A stretch of 64,000 nucleotides of DNA from Penicillus capitatus (Eukaryota; Plantae; Chlorophyta). A program made the translations under genes and the position numbers. Shown here piece after piece: positions 1 to 11,774 of the stretch; position 1 is the first letter of the stretch, and each line of letters starts with the position of its first letter. The stretch lies in the NCBI GenBank assembly GCA_965649825.1, contig OZ287695.1, positions 620,001 through 684,000 of the forward strand. The letters run 5' to 3'. Below the pieces are notes generated by a model. It worked only from the letters and a program-made list of their open reading frames with translations, was not told the origin of the DNA and ran no database searches.

Positions 1-1047
1 TGTCAATACGACGCACTCAGAGCTGGAAGGGTTTGACTACTCTCCCGAAGAGATTCCATCGCTGCTGCACTGAGCGTTGGGCTTCGAGGCACTCGAATGC
101 GTCAAGGCACGTCTATGCCCTTATCGTTGCTCCCAACTCAAAAACGGTCTCTGGATTGAAGGTTTTCGCGAGAGAAGGAGCGGACGTCGATTCCACCACT
201 CTGTGTTCGTTCACACCGCTTCACGATTCCGTCCTGATCGTATCGAAGGAAATATCACAGGTTCGTCTCTAGAACATCTCTTTACCTATGACGCTACCCG
301 TTGCTGCACGAACCTCACGCGAAAAGTGTGACCTTGCCAGTGAAGTTCGCCCTCCTTCGCGTTCCGATACGAGACAGATCGCGCATGTGGATTTCCTTGG
401 CCGCAGTCACCAGTTTCCCTGCGGGATCTTGGCCTCCTCGACACAGTTGCGCGTGGACGTGTTTGTTCAGGGTCTCTTTATGGCCGGCGCGAACATGAAT
501 GGGAAGGAGTGTCTAGAAAGGACGGCATTTGCATCAGGCAGCCCACTACGGATACCTCGACATAACAGAGGTCTCGTCACCTCCCTGTCTCATTCTCTCA
601 TCTAGGTGTGGCACTTTATCATCGAACGGAGTGACAACAAAAGTGCAAAAGACTACCGCGGATGGACGCCGCTGCACTACGCAGTGCTCTCCAACGACGT
701 CGACACGGTCCGGGTAAGATCGCCGGCAAACAGGCGTCCATAGCGTGCGGTCGGACAGGTCCTTCTTGATTCCGGCGCAGACGTCGGTGCCAAGGATTAC
801 GCCGTGGAGCAGACGCCACTGCATACAGCATCGGCAGGAGGCTGTCTCGAGATCGCAGAGGCAAGACGCACGTGACGTGCGAGAGTCTGCGATTGTGTTT
901 TTACAGATTCTAGTAGAAGCCGGTGCATCGAAGACCATCACGGATCGCTTTGCAAATACACCAGATTATTACGTTTGCTCTTCCGCATTGTTGCTTGAAT
1001 GCAGTGCCGAAACTCGCGCCGCTCTTGTCGAACTGCTGATTTTTTGA
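1..1047 (+). pseudogene. Ankyrin-repeat gene, 5' end outside window; paralogue of 58718-60369
   Basis: ANK exons (..SLLH*ALGFEALECVK; VFAREGADVDSTTLCSFTPLHDS; ..EQTPLHTASAEG; ILVEAGASKTITDRFANTPDYYVC..TRAALVELLIF*). In-frame TGA at 71-73 where the 59 kb copy has TGG, and a 1-nt insertion near 525 relative to that copy. Confidence 0.85.
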
Positions 1048-1725
1048 TGATCGTTCCTGGTCTCCGGGGATTCTTCGGAGATCACGCTCGGCAGACGTTG
1101 TTCTGACTGTGCCTGTCGCTTTTCGATGCGACCACATGTTGACACGGGCTAGTTACGTAACAGTCAAGAGTAGAGTATTCAAGACACTCGTTTCTGCGTT
1201 GTCGTTACGAGACAAGGACGCGCGGACAATAGAGTAAGACGAGGCAGTCTTGCTTATCGAGTGGCCAGATGCTCGCGGACGAGATGATCACGACGTCATG
1301 CGGGTCTCAGTTATCACACATGATAGGACGCGAGTGAGATAGCGGACGGTGGACGACAGTCTCAACAACACGGCGACACCGCGTTACAAAAAATAAAGCC
1401 CCCCGATTGTTTCTTTGTTCTGAAAAACTTGCAACAAGCACAACGGCAACAAGGTCTTTTTTTAACGTCATTCAAATGCAAGGCGGATTCAACGAGGCAG
1501 GAGTAAAATAAAGGTGGAGATGATAAAGAAGCATTGTCCACCGAAGCCCCTTTCCGTTTGATAAAAGACTTTCTCCCGTTTGTTTTGGACTCCGGATCCC
1601 CCTTAAGCCCTAGACAGGGCATCCAATAATGCACACCCCCTTACTTCGCGGTTCATAGTTAACCGCGATCGCCTAAATCATATGTGCCGTTTGTATCTTT
1701 GAACAAGGAGTCCTTCTTCTTTGAC

Positions 1726-2178
1726 TTAAAAAAATAAATGTCTTATTATCTTTTTCATTTGCAAGTAAGACTCATCTGTCGGAGTCTTGCAACAAGAAAG
1801 CAGAACGGCCACAACTGCCATGAAGATAATGATCGACAAACAAATCAACGACGGCATAACTCCCCAGAAGATAACGGCGACGGGCCACAGCACCCCCAAC
1901 AACCCAAAGCCAGCAAAACCCTTCACCGCTTCCTTGTCTTCTTCTTCTTGACATGCATAGCACGCTGCTAATACGGCACATATAACGGAGAACAGAACTC
2001 CGCCGCCTATTGCTATCAACAGCACTATCGGGCGACTGAGCCCTGCGTCTTTCGAACCCTTCGTCGAAACAGAGTCTTCAGGGATTTCTTCTTCAGATAC
2101 GGGGAGGTCAGACCGAGAGGCCGTGACTCCGAAGAATGTAAAGAGCACAAGAATCATCAGAACTCTTGCGCGAAACAT
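1726..2178 (-). CDS. Small membrane protein: signal peptide, short acidic ectodomain, 3 TM helices; shares the TM module of the Cys-rich family
   Basis: 150-aa ATG ORF; hydrophobic N-terminus MFRARVLMILVLFTFFGVTA; TM1 with GGG, TM2 LLGVLWPVAVIFWG like LLGLPWIAFVLIWGG at 16.8-17.8 kb. The extreme 3' end could include a short intron. Confidence 0.7.
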   Translation of the reverse strand: MFRARVLMILVLFTFFGVTASRSDLPVSEEEIPEDSVSTKGSKDAGLSRPIVLLIAIGGGVLFSVICAVLAACYACQEEEDKEAVKGFAGFGLLGVLWPVAVIFWGVMPSLICLSIIIFMAVVAVLLSCCKTPTDESYLQMKKIIRHLFF

Positions 2179-3215
2179 CTTGAGAAACAGGAACCCCTGA
2201 TATCAGCGACCAGATATCCGTCAGTACGCACTGCACAACGCTGCCGACATTTTTATGGCCCAAGACGAGAATGAGAACAGTGGTCTCATTGCGAATGTGC
2301 GAATGGCACAGTGACGACGCATCCTTCCGAGAAGGTTCGAACTCGAATGAGCTTCTCGATGTGACAGATGATGCACCACAGTCTGCCTGCAGCGAACAAT
2401 TGTACACCGTTGGTTCTCTGTCTCTGTGCATGTTCAGAAGTATTGTCAGACAAGGGAATGGAGAAGCTCCTTAGAAGGACGAGCAACTGAATCGCCATTT
2501 ATCTGACGGACAGTTCTAGAACACACGAGCGCGCAGCAGCAGTTCCGAGTTCAGAAAGACCAAACCCAAGAGTGGACAAATGCTAGATACCCATTACTCG
2601 TGCCTGGAGGGATTATTCGGCTTCTTCCATAATCACTTCTGTCTTCACAGTAAATTTCAGTCATGGACATAACGCTGTCATGAAGGCGCCGAACAGAGAA
2701 GGAGAAAAGTCACATCATTACAAAAAACGTGACGAGTCATGACGTCATACTGAGAACATAACAAGAAAAGAGGGTTTTGAAAACCAGAGCGTGTCTTTGA
2801 GAGTTTTAGACTTTCGTTTTAGAAGAGACCGTGTTCAACACGATGACAGATAGTAGAACACAGTGGAATGGATGGAATCATATCGCGAAGCCAAAAGTAA
2901 GAGGACGTATAGCATGTCATTGCACCAACGCCTCCTCAGATGACAGCGTTCGGAGAACCATATTCCGTTCCAGGAAAAGACCCAACACGTACGTAGACAC
3001 TAAGACCCACGGTCCGTCTCCTATTCTCGACGTCTCGGTCACCTTGCCCCTCTGCCAACACCAATAGACGGCAACACGGCTGCCTTTGACAGAAAAGACC
3101 GATTACTGACCACGAGCTCAAAGGCAAGAGGCAGAATGTGTTTTCCGTTGTACAGACAGAGCTCCGGATAAGGAAGGTAATTGTAAAACCAGTCGCATCA
3201 TTTAGAAGCAGATGT

Positions 3216-3957
3216 TGTCAGTGGACGGCTGTCCACCTTCGTGCAGCTGTCCAATTGCATAAATTCTTACAATTAGTGTTCGAACAGTCTTTGTAATCCT
3301 TACGCCTTCGTCGTTAACCCGTTGTCCGTTGACAAACACGACATGGTTTCGGAGCGACAAAGATTCCGGCGATAGAATCCCGTCATCGAAGACTGAAGAC
3401 TTTCCAAGACACGTCCGTGGTGACAGCGTTTTACCTAGCACCTGCAGTCTGTAGTTCGTTCCATCGTCCGAGCTGCTGTGTTTCAGTTCCATCGTCCGAG
3501 CTGCTGTGTTTCAGTTTCACGCTGCGATAAGCGTACTGTTGCGCATTGTTGTGTTTACGTTCTTGTTACTTTGTCTGTGTTTACGTTTTCTATCTGGGTC
3601 ACCACGGACGTGTTGTCGCTGTGAAGTACGGTTCGAATTTCCAGAGTCGGCGTTGAAGTCTCAGAGACATAAGAGCTACAAAGCTGCGGCGAATGGGCCG
3701 CAGAGGGAGAAGCCACGTGACGATGGCCCTGGCTCGACTCCTGGCCAGCCTGATGTCATCCCGACTGTCGTGAAATGTGTTCCGTTCACATCATTCGGAG
3801 TCTGCACAACGGAAAGGGGGTGGGCACATGTCAGTGGACAGCTGTCCACTTTCGTGCAGCTGTCCAAAGAATTACATAAATTCTTACAATTATTGTACGA
3901 ACAGTCTTTGTCAGCCTTACGTCTTCGTCGTTAACCCGTCCGTTGACAAACACGACA
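3216..3957 (+). mobile_element. TRIM-like non-autonomous LTR retroelement (742 bp)
   Basis: LTRs 3216-3343 and 3829-3957, both TGTC...GACA; 4-bp TSD ATGT (3212-3215, 3958-3961); PBS-like TGGTTTCGGAGC at 3344; polypurine tract GGAAAGGGGGTGGG at 3811-3824; no recognisable retroelement coding. Confidence 0.85.
3459..3514. repeat. Perfect 28-bp tandem duplication inside the TRIM
   Basis: TTCCATCGTCCGAGCTGCTGTGTTTCAG x2. Confidence 0.95.
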
Positions 3958-4266
3958 ATGTTCGAGGATGGATGCTAAACGGACGAGTCATGTCAAGAAG
4001 AGAGACTTGCAGATCGCTTACTAATGTCACGGCGGTCAGAGCCGGAAGAGAAGGATTCTTCACGGTGGTCTCTCCAAGATATTGCGGTAAAAGACCCACA
4101 TTCTCGGGAAAAAGAAAAGGTCTAAGACCTGTAACGAATGCTGTTACAACCTGAGTAACGAACTGTAGCCATTATCTCATCGATAGAGTTGTATTAGATC
4201 ATCAAAGTCGGCATGCGTCACGACTTCTTTGCGCATAACGCGTCACGTCAAGTCGCGGGGTTCAGA

Positions 4267-5047
4267 ATGATCCTTTGTCTTCGCGTTTCGCCTTTTGTCA
4301 TCGACCAGTTCCATTCGACGCTATTTCGGCACATTCTTCCTGCTTTTCTACACCGCGGCAATCATCCTTCTGCGTCACGAGGTGAACCGAAACCAGTTTG
4401 CATAAGTGCTCCGCAGCCGGCCTGTCTTTCGTTCGACGGCACGTGCAGATGCAGTCGCGACGGAGACGTGACTCTCGCATTCGCCGACGGTTCCTTTCTG
4501 AAAACGCAATCCAAGTTGCTGCAACTGGCATCTCCCACATTCGGCGTAATGATGACAGGCAGCTATCACAGCAGAAGAATACACATGGAGAGAACGTCTA
4601 GAGAGACATGGGTCCGTATCCTGAACTTCCTGCATCCGTCTGCTCCGCCTTTTGAATGGGACATCAATCCGTACGAAGAAACGGATCTAATCGTAAAGAC
4701 ACGCACTCATCGACAGGACTGAGTCTTTTGGCATTTAGGTTGACATGTTGGAACAGGCGAGGAAGTTCAGGTTCGGCGCCTTGATGTCGTTCTTGGATGA
4801 TGCGATTTCCGAAAAACTATCTCTTAGTCCGTCGTCCACGTTCAGATTCCTCTTCCTAAGCAGCAGCACCTTCCGGGAAAACCAAGCAAGTTTTTACCAA
4901 GCGGCCATCCATTTTGAAGTCGACCTGGCCAAAGGAGAGAAACGCATTTTGATGCATCATCGCCATAAGCAGATCTTCAGATATGTTGTCGAGAATGGAA
5001 GACCCGTATTCTTTAAGAAACTGGTGGAAGATATTATAGAGGACTGA
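4267..5047 (+). CDS. BTB/POZ-domain protein (2 exons, intron 4693-4738)
   Basis: DGDVTLAFADGSFLKTQSKLLQLASPTFGVMM..ETWVRILNFLHP..VDMLEQARKFRF fits the BTB pattern; phase-0 GT-AG intron joins the two ORFs; start codon uncertain. Confidence 0.7.
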
Positions 5048-5632
5048 TGGTGTCTGCTCGTTATGATGGGCAACTGAAGTCAGGCAGTAAATGATATGGC
5101 AGTCCACGGGTAGACAGTGAGATGCGATAAGAACTGAGGTTGTAATAATGTTTTGTAAAGAACGAATGATGGGTTAGTAAAGGATTCTGATTCGTCATTC
5201 GGATTCATCATTAATTGATCGGTCATTTCGAATTCTCTCCAGTGCTGTCCCGTTTTATACAGAGTCGTTCGGATACGAAAAAATGTCACCGTCCAAGACT
5301 TGTCCGTATTCTTTCACGTTATTGTTTCGCTGGCAATTGACGGCGGCGAAAGCGAACAGACTATCACCAATAAATTTCGGGATCCCTCCCCGTCAGTAAA
5401 TGTAAAAGCCTTTCTCGTTTGGCATCGCCCTTGTCGAAAACATGTTGTCAAAGGGACCAACACTCTCAGGACCTGGCCGTTTTGTTCCCGCGCGATCCTG
5501 TTCGAATTCACACGGTAAACGCAAGGCGACGACGATCAAACCGCAGAGTAATATTGCAAGAAGTGTTTGTCGACAGAAGAACGAAACGTAGCACCGTGTT
5601 TCGTTGCCGTAGAAAGGCCAAAGAGATGCAGT

Positions 5633-8244
5633 TCAAACACGCAGGAGTTCAGTGAGCGCCGCCCGAGTTTCATCCGAGCACTTGGCGTTACTGTCGTCAC
5701 AGATACGATCGAACGGAATCCTGTTGAGTTCATCTGTGCTGTTCTTGTTTGCACCAGCTGCTACGAGCATCTGCCCATAGCTATACCTAAGCGACGGTCA
5801 ACGGGATCGGTAACTTACCTTGGCCGTTTGCAATTTGCCATAAAAAGCTGTTACGTGAAGTGGAGACCCGCGATCGTCTTTAACAATTGCTTCGACATCT
5901 GCACCGTGCTCAAGGAGGATCTTCAAACGTCTCCATTAGCACGGCAGTCCGACACAACCGCTGCTTTACTTTTGTAATCTCGATGTGTTCTCTAAGGGCA
6001 GCTTCGTGCAATGGAGTAAAACCGTTGGTGCTGGCAGTGTTGATGTTCGCGCCGGCTTCTATAAGGATCTGCATTCCGTCGTTAATTAAGTGGACATAGG
6101 AGCGAAGGCACGATTCCGACCTTCACAATCTGTATAGATCCACGTTGAGCAGCTCTTTGCAGTGGTGTCCAACTGTTTCCGTCAAAAACATCTATGTCTG
6201 CCCCAGCGTCTACTAGAATCTTGCTCCACTGACTTATAAACAAGTAGCCAAACGAATTCAAGGCCAACTAACCTTTGCAATCTGTGTGCACCCCCCTGCA
6301 GCTGCATCAATAAGTGGAGAAAAGCCACGGTCATCGCTGAAACTGTCGAGGTACGCGCCATGGTCGACAAGATACTTTTCGGAACTTCTCAGCAAGAGAG
6401 TCGACACAAAGCACTGAGTTAACCTTTACGATGTTGACGTGATTTTTGTTCGTTGCCATTTGAAGCGGTGTCGAGTTGTCGTCGTTTAAGACATCAGTGT
6501 CCGCTCCATGATCAAGGAGAATCTGCTTGCGCGACCGGCACTGCGAGACATGAAAGATGTCTCGCCAACCTTTACGACTCGAGCGCTGTTGAACACCGCA
6601 GCTTCATGCAGAGGCGTATTGCCGTTGGCACTCGGGATGTCAATTCCCGCGTCATACTTTATTAGTACCTAAAGGGAGCAGTCATTTATTAGAAATGAGA
6701 GGACTTGGTGTCTGTCATTCCGCGATTAAGCATCTGCACAGGAGTCTGGCCTTACCTGAGCACACTGCGCGGCGTTAAGCGCAGCAGCTGCGTGCAGCAG
6801 AGTCGAGCGATCCGGTTTCGGAAGTGACTGTACGTCTTTCTCTCCGTAGGTGGTGTCGACGTAGAGACCGGCCAAGATGAGGGCCTCGGCGTCAATGGAG
6901 TTGTCCGACCGCATGGCATGGAGCATCGCCTGCGCAAAACACCGTCCACACTTCGACTTCTATGCAGTTTACTTCGATCATATCCGATTCCGAGAACAAG
7001 GCATAGTGCTTCCGCCTCTCCTCCAACTTGACCTGGCGCGTCGCAACGCACCTCGAACGCTGGGCGCATGTGCTGAAGACGAAGAGTGAATCTCGGATCT
7101 CACATCTTGATGACAGGTGATGGTCCGTTCGATCCAATCGAAGAAGTAGTCGACCCTCGTGTAAACAGCAGGCTCGTCCCCGGAACAAGCGTCGGCGTCG
7201 TCCCCCGCGTAGCCGAATGACGTGATGCCGACGATCATGTCCAGCTGCGGCTTCCCATCCTCCACTTGTCCGTAAGGAGCGTCCATCAGCAGCAGAGGAC
7301 CTCCAGAGTCACCTGCCAGACAGTGTAAGAACATTGCTTGTGAGAGGGTGCTGTGGGGGTCAGCCCAGATGACCTTTGCAGGTGTCCTCCCGCAGACCCC
7401 CAGCGCAGATCCAGCTCTTCGGGTCGACGTCCTGCGGTCTTGTTTTGCATTTGTCCTGCCCGACCACGGCGAGATGACCCGCCACCTGCAGCTTCTTCGC
7501 GACGACGCCGTCTTCGGTGAGTCCCCATCCTGTGGCACCGAGATATTGACCCTTGTCCAGGGGAACGTAGCCCGTGCCCAATCGCGGCAGCGTCACGCCG
7601 GCGTCTCTGTCGAGCTTCAGCACGGCGACGTCGTGTCCATGTCCGACGTCGCCTGTCCACTTGGGGTGGACGTATCCTGCGATCGCATCAAATACCTGCA
7701 CAGACGCGACATGCAGGCCTCGCTTCCGTCACAGAGTGATTCGCAGCTACCTGGTGTTCTTCTGCCTTCTTGCGGTCGTGTATCCCGCAGTAGACGATGG
7801 GCGACAGACCGACGGTGGGGCGAATGTTAGGGTCCACGCAGTGAGCCGCCGTCAGGACCCAGTCGCGTCTGAACAGCGTCGCTCCGCACATGTGGCGGCG
7901 AGTGCCACGTTCTCTCAGGCTGCATGCGTATGGAAACCTTCCAGGCGGCGCCGTCTTTCCTCTCTGTCAACCGTTGGCCTTGAATTCTGCGGCAACAACG
8001 TTTGTAACGCTTACCACTATTCTTCCGACGGCGGTTGTGTTCGACTTAGAGCTTATGTCACTGTTTTTTAATGCTTCGCACAAGAGAAGGTCGTACAAAT
8101 GCAAGTGTTTTCGTTTTCCGCACCTAGAGTGTCGACGGATGCCCATGCCGTCAGCAACAGCGAGTGCAGCGTCAAATACGTCAGCGCGAAGAGCCACTTC
8201 TTCGAGCGGTGTGCTTGCGCGGAAGACGGACGGAGCGCGAACAT
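5633..8244 (-). CDS. Signal peptide + S1A serine protease + ankyrin repeats, type 1, copy A (7 ANK exons + terminal exon)
   Basis: R|[14 protein letters not shown]; TAAHC, GHDVAVL, DTCKG|DSGGP; phase-0 introns link CHQD|VKLEERRKHYALFSESDMIE|AMLHAMRSD.. to the ANK exons; ends ..CSDETRAALTELLRV*; no lesion found. Confidence 0.85.
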
Positions 8245-8379
8245 CTTCTCCAACGAGAATGACGCTTAGATGCGGAAACAGTCAACCAGTCCCGAGTCAT
8301 CTGTTGTACCAAATCGATCTCGAATCATTTGCGTCCCGACAGAATCGCATCATAAGACGTAAGTTGTTAGACGTGATCG

Positions 8380-9060
8380 ACGATTTCGGACAGACCCAGA
8401 ACTGTCGAAATTGTTCGGCGTTTAATGGCGATTAAACCAGAGATTCGAGTTTCAATCTCCAGCATCTCAGATGGAGAAGATCAGCTACTGGCTGTTTGTC
8501 TAAGGGCAAGTGACAGAATCCCAGATTCACTGTCGAAGTGTAAGCTCATCGATCGGGGTGTGTTGTCCTTTCATGCACATTTGTTTTCGTAAAGCGGACC
8601 GCTCTTAAACGAATGCACTTAATATAATGTAATGTCGAGATACATCCTTTCGCAAAGATGTCTCGAGGCCGAGATGCAGCAAACAATCAGCACTAAGCCT
8701 CACCGAATGGGAGTTCAGATTTCACTGTGAAATAAACAGCGAAGACATTTCTGAACTCTGGACGTACCACTCAGTCATTTCCATAACAAAGGTGAATAAT
8801 GTGATCTCCATGCGAAATGTTACTCAATGACAGAAAGAGTGAGAATGTTGCTATTGTCATCATTAAACAGACGATGTTAAAATGCAACAGATGTTTCAGT
8901 TTCGGTTCTAAGATTTTCTCCAACAATGATGCGCAGCGATTGATAACAATCAGCATTCGATAACAGACACAATGGTCGTAATATCCTCTCACTTCTTGCA
9001 TACAGGAAATCATCAATCGTTTGGTCTCCCTTTCACCCGATCTGAATTTATGATAAGAAC
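8380..9060 (+). pseudogene. Degenerate conserved block downstream of type-2 protease-ANK genes, probably a dead convergent gene
   Basis: Homologous to about 20330-21000, 41290-42130 and 45900-46560; recurring frame KSENV.I.I.KQTM.KC.RCF.FG.K; many indels. Confidence 0.45.
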
Positions 9061-9159
9061 TTGTTAGAACACAGATACAGTGTGACAATAAAATGAGAAA
9101 GGGTCAAGACAGTTGTCTCATTGGAGTGTTTAATAGTGGTGGGTTTATGGGACGTCCCC

Positions 9160-11774
9160 TCACGGACGTAGGAGTCGCTCGAGGGAGTTTCGTGTCGATT
9201 TAGAACACTGTGACAAACTTTTAAGACAGATAACGTCGAAAGGCGTTTCTTTATCGTCGTTGATCACCATCTTCAAGGCTCTGGCATCCAGCAGAATCTG
9301 CAACACGACATTAAATCTCGATATGGTACCACTGACTCGCCTTTGCTGTCTTTGGATGACCACACTCTGCAGCAGCATGAAGCGGAGTATCTCCATGTTT
9401 ATCAACAACGTTGACGTTAGCGTCTTCTTCGAGCAACAACTGTAGTAGGCAAGGTGAAGAAGAAGACAGAAGACAATCAGAAGAATGCACCTTTACGATT
9501 TCAAGCTTCCCATCTAACGCAGCGAGATGAAGTGGTGTCTGTTCAGCAGCGTTCACGTGGTTAACGTCCGCCCCGTGCTTTATCAGGATCTGTTGAACCA
9601 CAGGTTTGTCATCAAGGTAATGAAGTGCGTACACAGCTGACCTTGACCACTTCGGTATCTGCGAATCGCGCTGCCAGATTCAGAGGAGTCCATCCTCGCT
9701 TGTTGACCACATCGACCTTCCCTCCGTGCTCAAGAAGGATCTGATGAACAGAGGTCTCTGCCAATGCAGCGACGAGGTGAAGGCGTGACTGACCTTGACC
9801 ATTTCAGCGTCTGCGTTAATCGCTGCAACGTGCAGAGGAGATTCTCCATCGTCTCTGGCCTTGTTAACCTTCGCTCCGTGCTTGATGAGTACCTATCTGG
9901 GCACTTGCTGGAAGCACGGAAGCACATCATGACTCGCCTGCGCAGTTTTTGAGTATCCGAAGAATGCAGCCATGTACAGAGGCGTCTGTCCATCGTCGTC
10001 GGCGACGTTCACTTCAGCATCGTGATCCAGGAGAATCTACGAACAAACGTCAAAGCGGACGCCCGAGATCGCGTTGTGAATTCACCTTGGCCACTTTTGC
10101 GTGACCCTTCTTCGCTGCCAGATGCAAAGGAGTTTCTCTGTCATCGTTGAGTTTGTCGACGACTGCGCCATACTCCAGAAGAACCTGACATTGGAAGCAC
10201 AAGGATTCAAAGAACTGAGACGAAGTGTCTTGTTGACTCTGTCATCCAGAGTGGTCTCAGAGAAACACATTACCTCCGTGCATTTTGACGCATTGTGAAA
10301 CGCTGACCAGTGTAACAATGTGAAACGCTTTTCTCTCTCATATCTTGGCATTCGAGCGGACTTGCGGAAAGAATCTGGATCCAGTCCCTCCAGCAGAGCA
10401 GCTTCCAACTTCAAAGCATTATCATCTTTTATGGAGTCATACGTCTCCTACAAAACTATCTGTGTGTTCGTTCGATCGTCATTGTCGATGCTACAGCAAA
10501 GAGTTCTTTCTGCGATAGCTCCGTCAGCCGCTCACGTTCCTCTTTAATCTTCTGTTGTTTTGATTGTTTCTTTCTCGTTTTCTTGTCTGTCGGAAGTTCT
10601 GTTCCTTCTTTTCCAATAGGTGAAGGTGACTCGACTGAGTGTTGCTGATCTTTCTCCTGTTCTAGAAGATTAGACACGAGGAATCAAATGCGGAACATTG
10701 TTTACCTTCGGTTTTTCGCCGATTGTTTCCTGAATCCAATCCCAGAATGCACCGATACCTGTGAAGACGCTCGGTGTTGGTTCGGTGCAATTTGAGGGCC
10801 CCATGGATGTCACGCCAACAAACAGATCGAGTTTTGCATTCCCAGTTGCTATACTGCCTCCAAATTGATTAGGAATCAACAGCGGATTGCCAGAATCACC
10901 TTCACAGAGGAACCTTGGCAGGAAGGTGGTGTTGACAAGTATTATACCTCGGCATACGCTCTCATTTGAGAATCCAGCACAAATCATGTGTTTTTGAATG
11001 ACGTCTGATAGAAAATCCTTGCACTGGTGGTGACTCACATAAACAAGTGTCTCTGCTATCTGTAAAGCATTCGGATACTCTCCAGTCTTGTCTTCTCCCC
11101 AGCCAAGTGAGGTGAAAAATTTGCCAGAAGGGAACTCTCCTCCCTGAGTGTCTATCGACGGCAGTGTATGATTCGCTTCTTTATTCAGTTTGACGACGGC
11201 GATGTCATATCCGTCTTCCACGTTACCTGTCCAAGATTCAGGCCAGTGGCTTTCCTGTGCGCTGAACACCTACAAGTTTTTATCTCGCAAGAAGGTGCAT
11301 AGCGACGAAGTAGTTACTTCGTCGGGGTCATCTGCGTCAGGCTTGTGAATGCCACAACGAACAAGCGGATTTCTGCCAAGGCTTGCCCGACTGTTGGGGT
11401 CGACACAGTGTGCAACTGTGACGACCCATTGTGGTCGAATGAGTGTTCCACCGCAGCGGTGAAATCCATCCTCTCGCGCCGAAAGACTGCAAACGTAGGG
11501 GAACCGTCCCTCTGGTGCCTCTTTACCCTGCGGGAAGACGAACAGTAAAAGTCGAACGCGTACGTGGCTGCATAGACTCACGATGATATTAAAAGTAAAT
11601 CGCGACGTAGAGGCCATTGATTCTAAACCGTTAACACATAGACACGCGTCGGAAATGCCGACAAAGGGTTGTAGTACCTCTTGTTTCTCGACATTCTGAT
11701 ATTTGGAAGTGCAGGAAAAGCAGCAGAGAGATATGGAAGCAAAGACGGCGACGCGAAATGGAGAAAAGCTTCAT
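9160..11774 (-). CDS. Signal peptide + S1A serine protease + ankyrin repeats, type 2, copy B (7 ANK exons + terminal exon)
   Basis: [28 protein letters not shown]; TVAHC, GYDIAVV, ESVCRG|DSGNP; Lys/Glu-rich linker; [20 protein letters not shown]; 99-nt ANK exons; ends ..[15 protein letters not shown]. Confidence 0.85.

Noticed and set aside
71-73. TGA as selenocysteine or readthrough
   Set aside because: It aligns with Trp in the intact copy; one carrier is frameshifted and the other truncated.
1050-1500. Block conserved with 60370-60850 as a possible minus-strand gene
   Set aside because: Stops in the candidate frames and no frame-specific conservation; co-duplication explains the similarity.
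3834-3849. Perfect 16-bp palindrome GTGGACAGCTGTCCAC
   Set aside because: Lies inside the TRIM LTR and is imperfect in the other LTR; no independent function can be supported.
5800-6930. Regularly spaced ~150-nt repeats resembling a CRISPR or satellite array
   Set aside because: They are ANK exons plus introns; no constant repeat with unique spacers and no cas genes.
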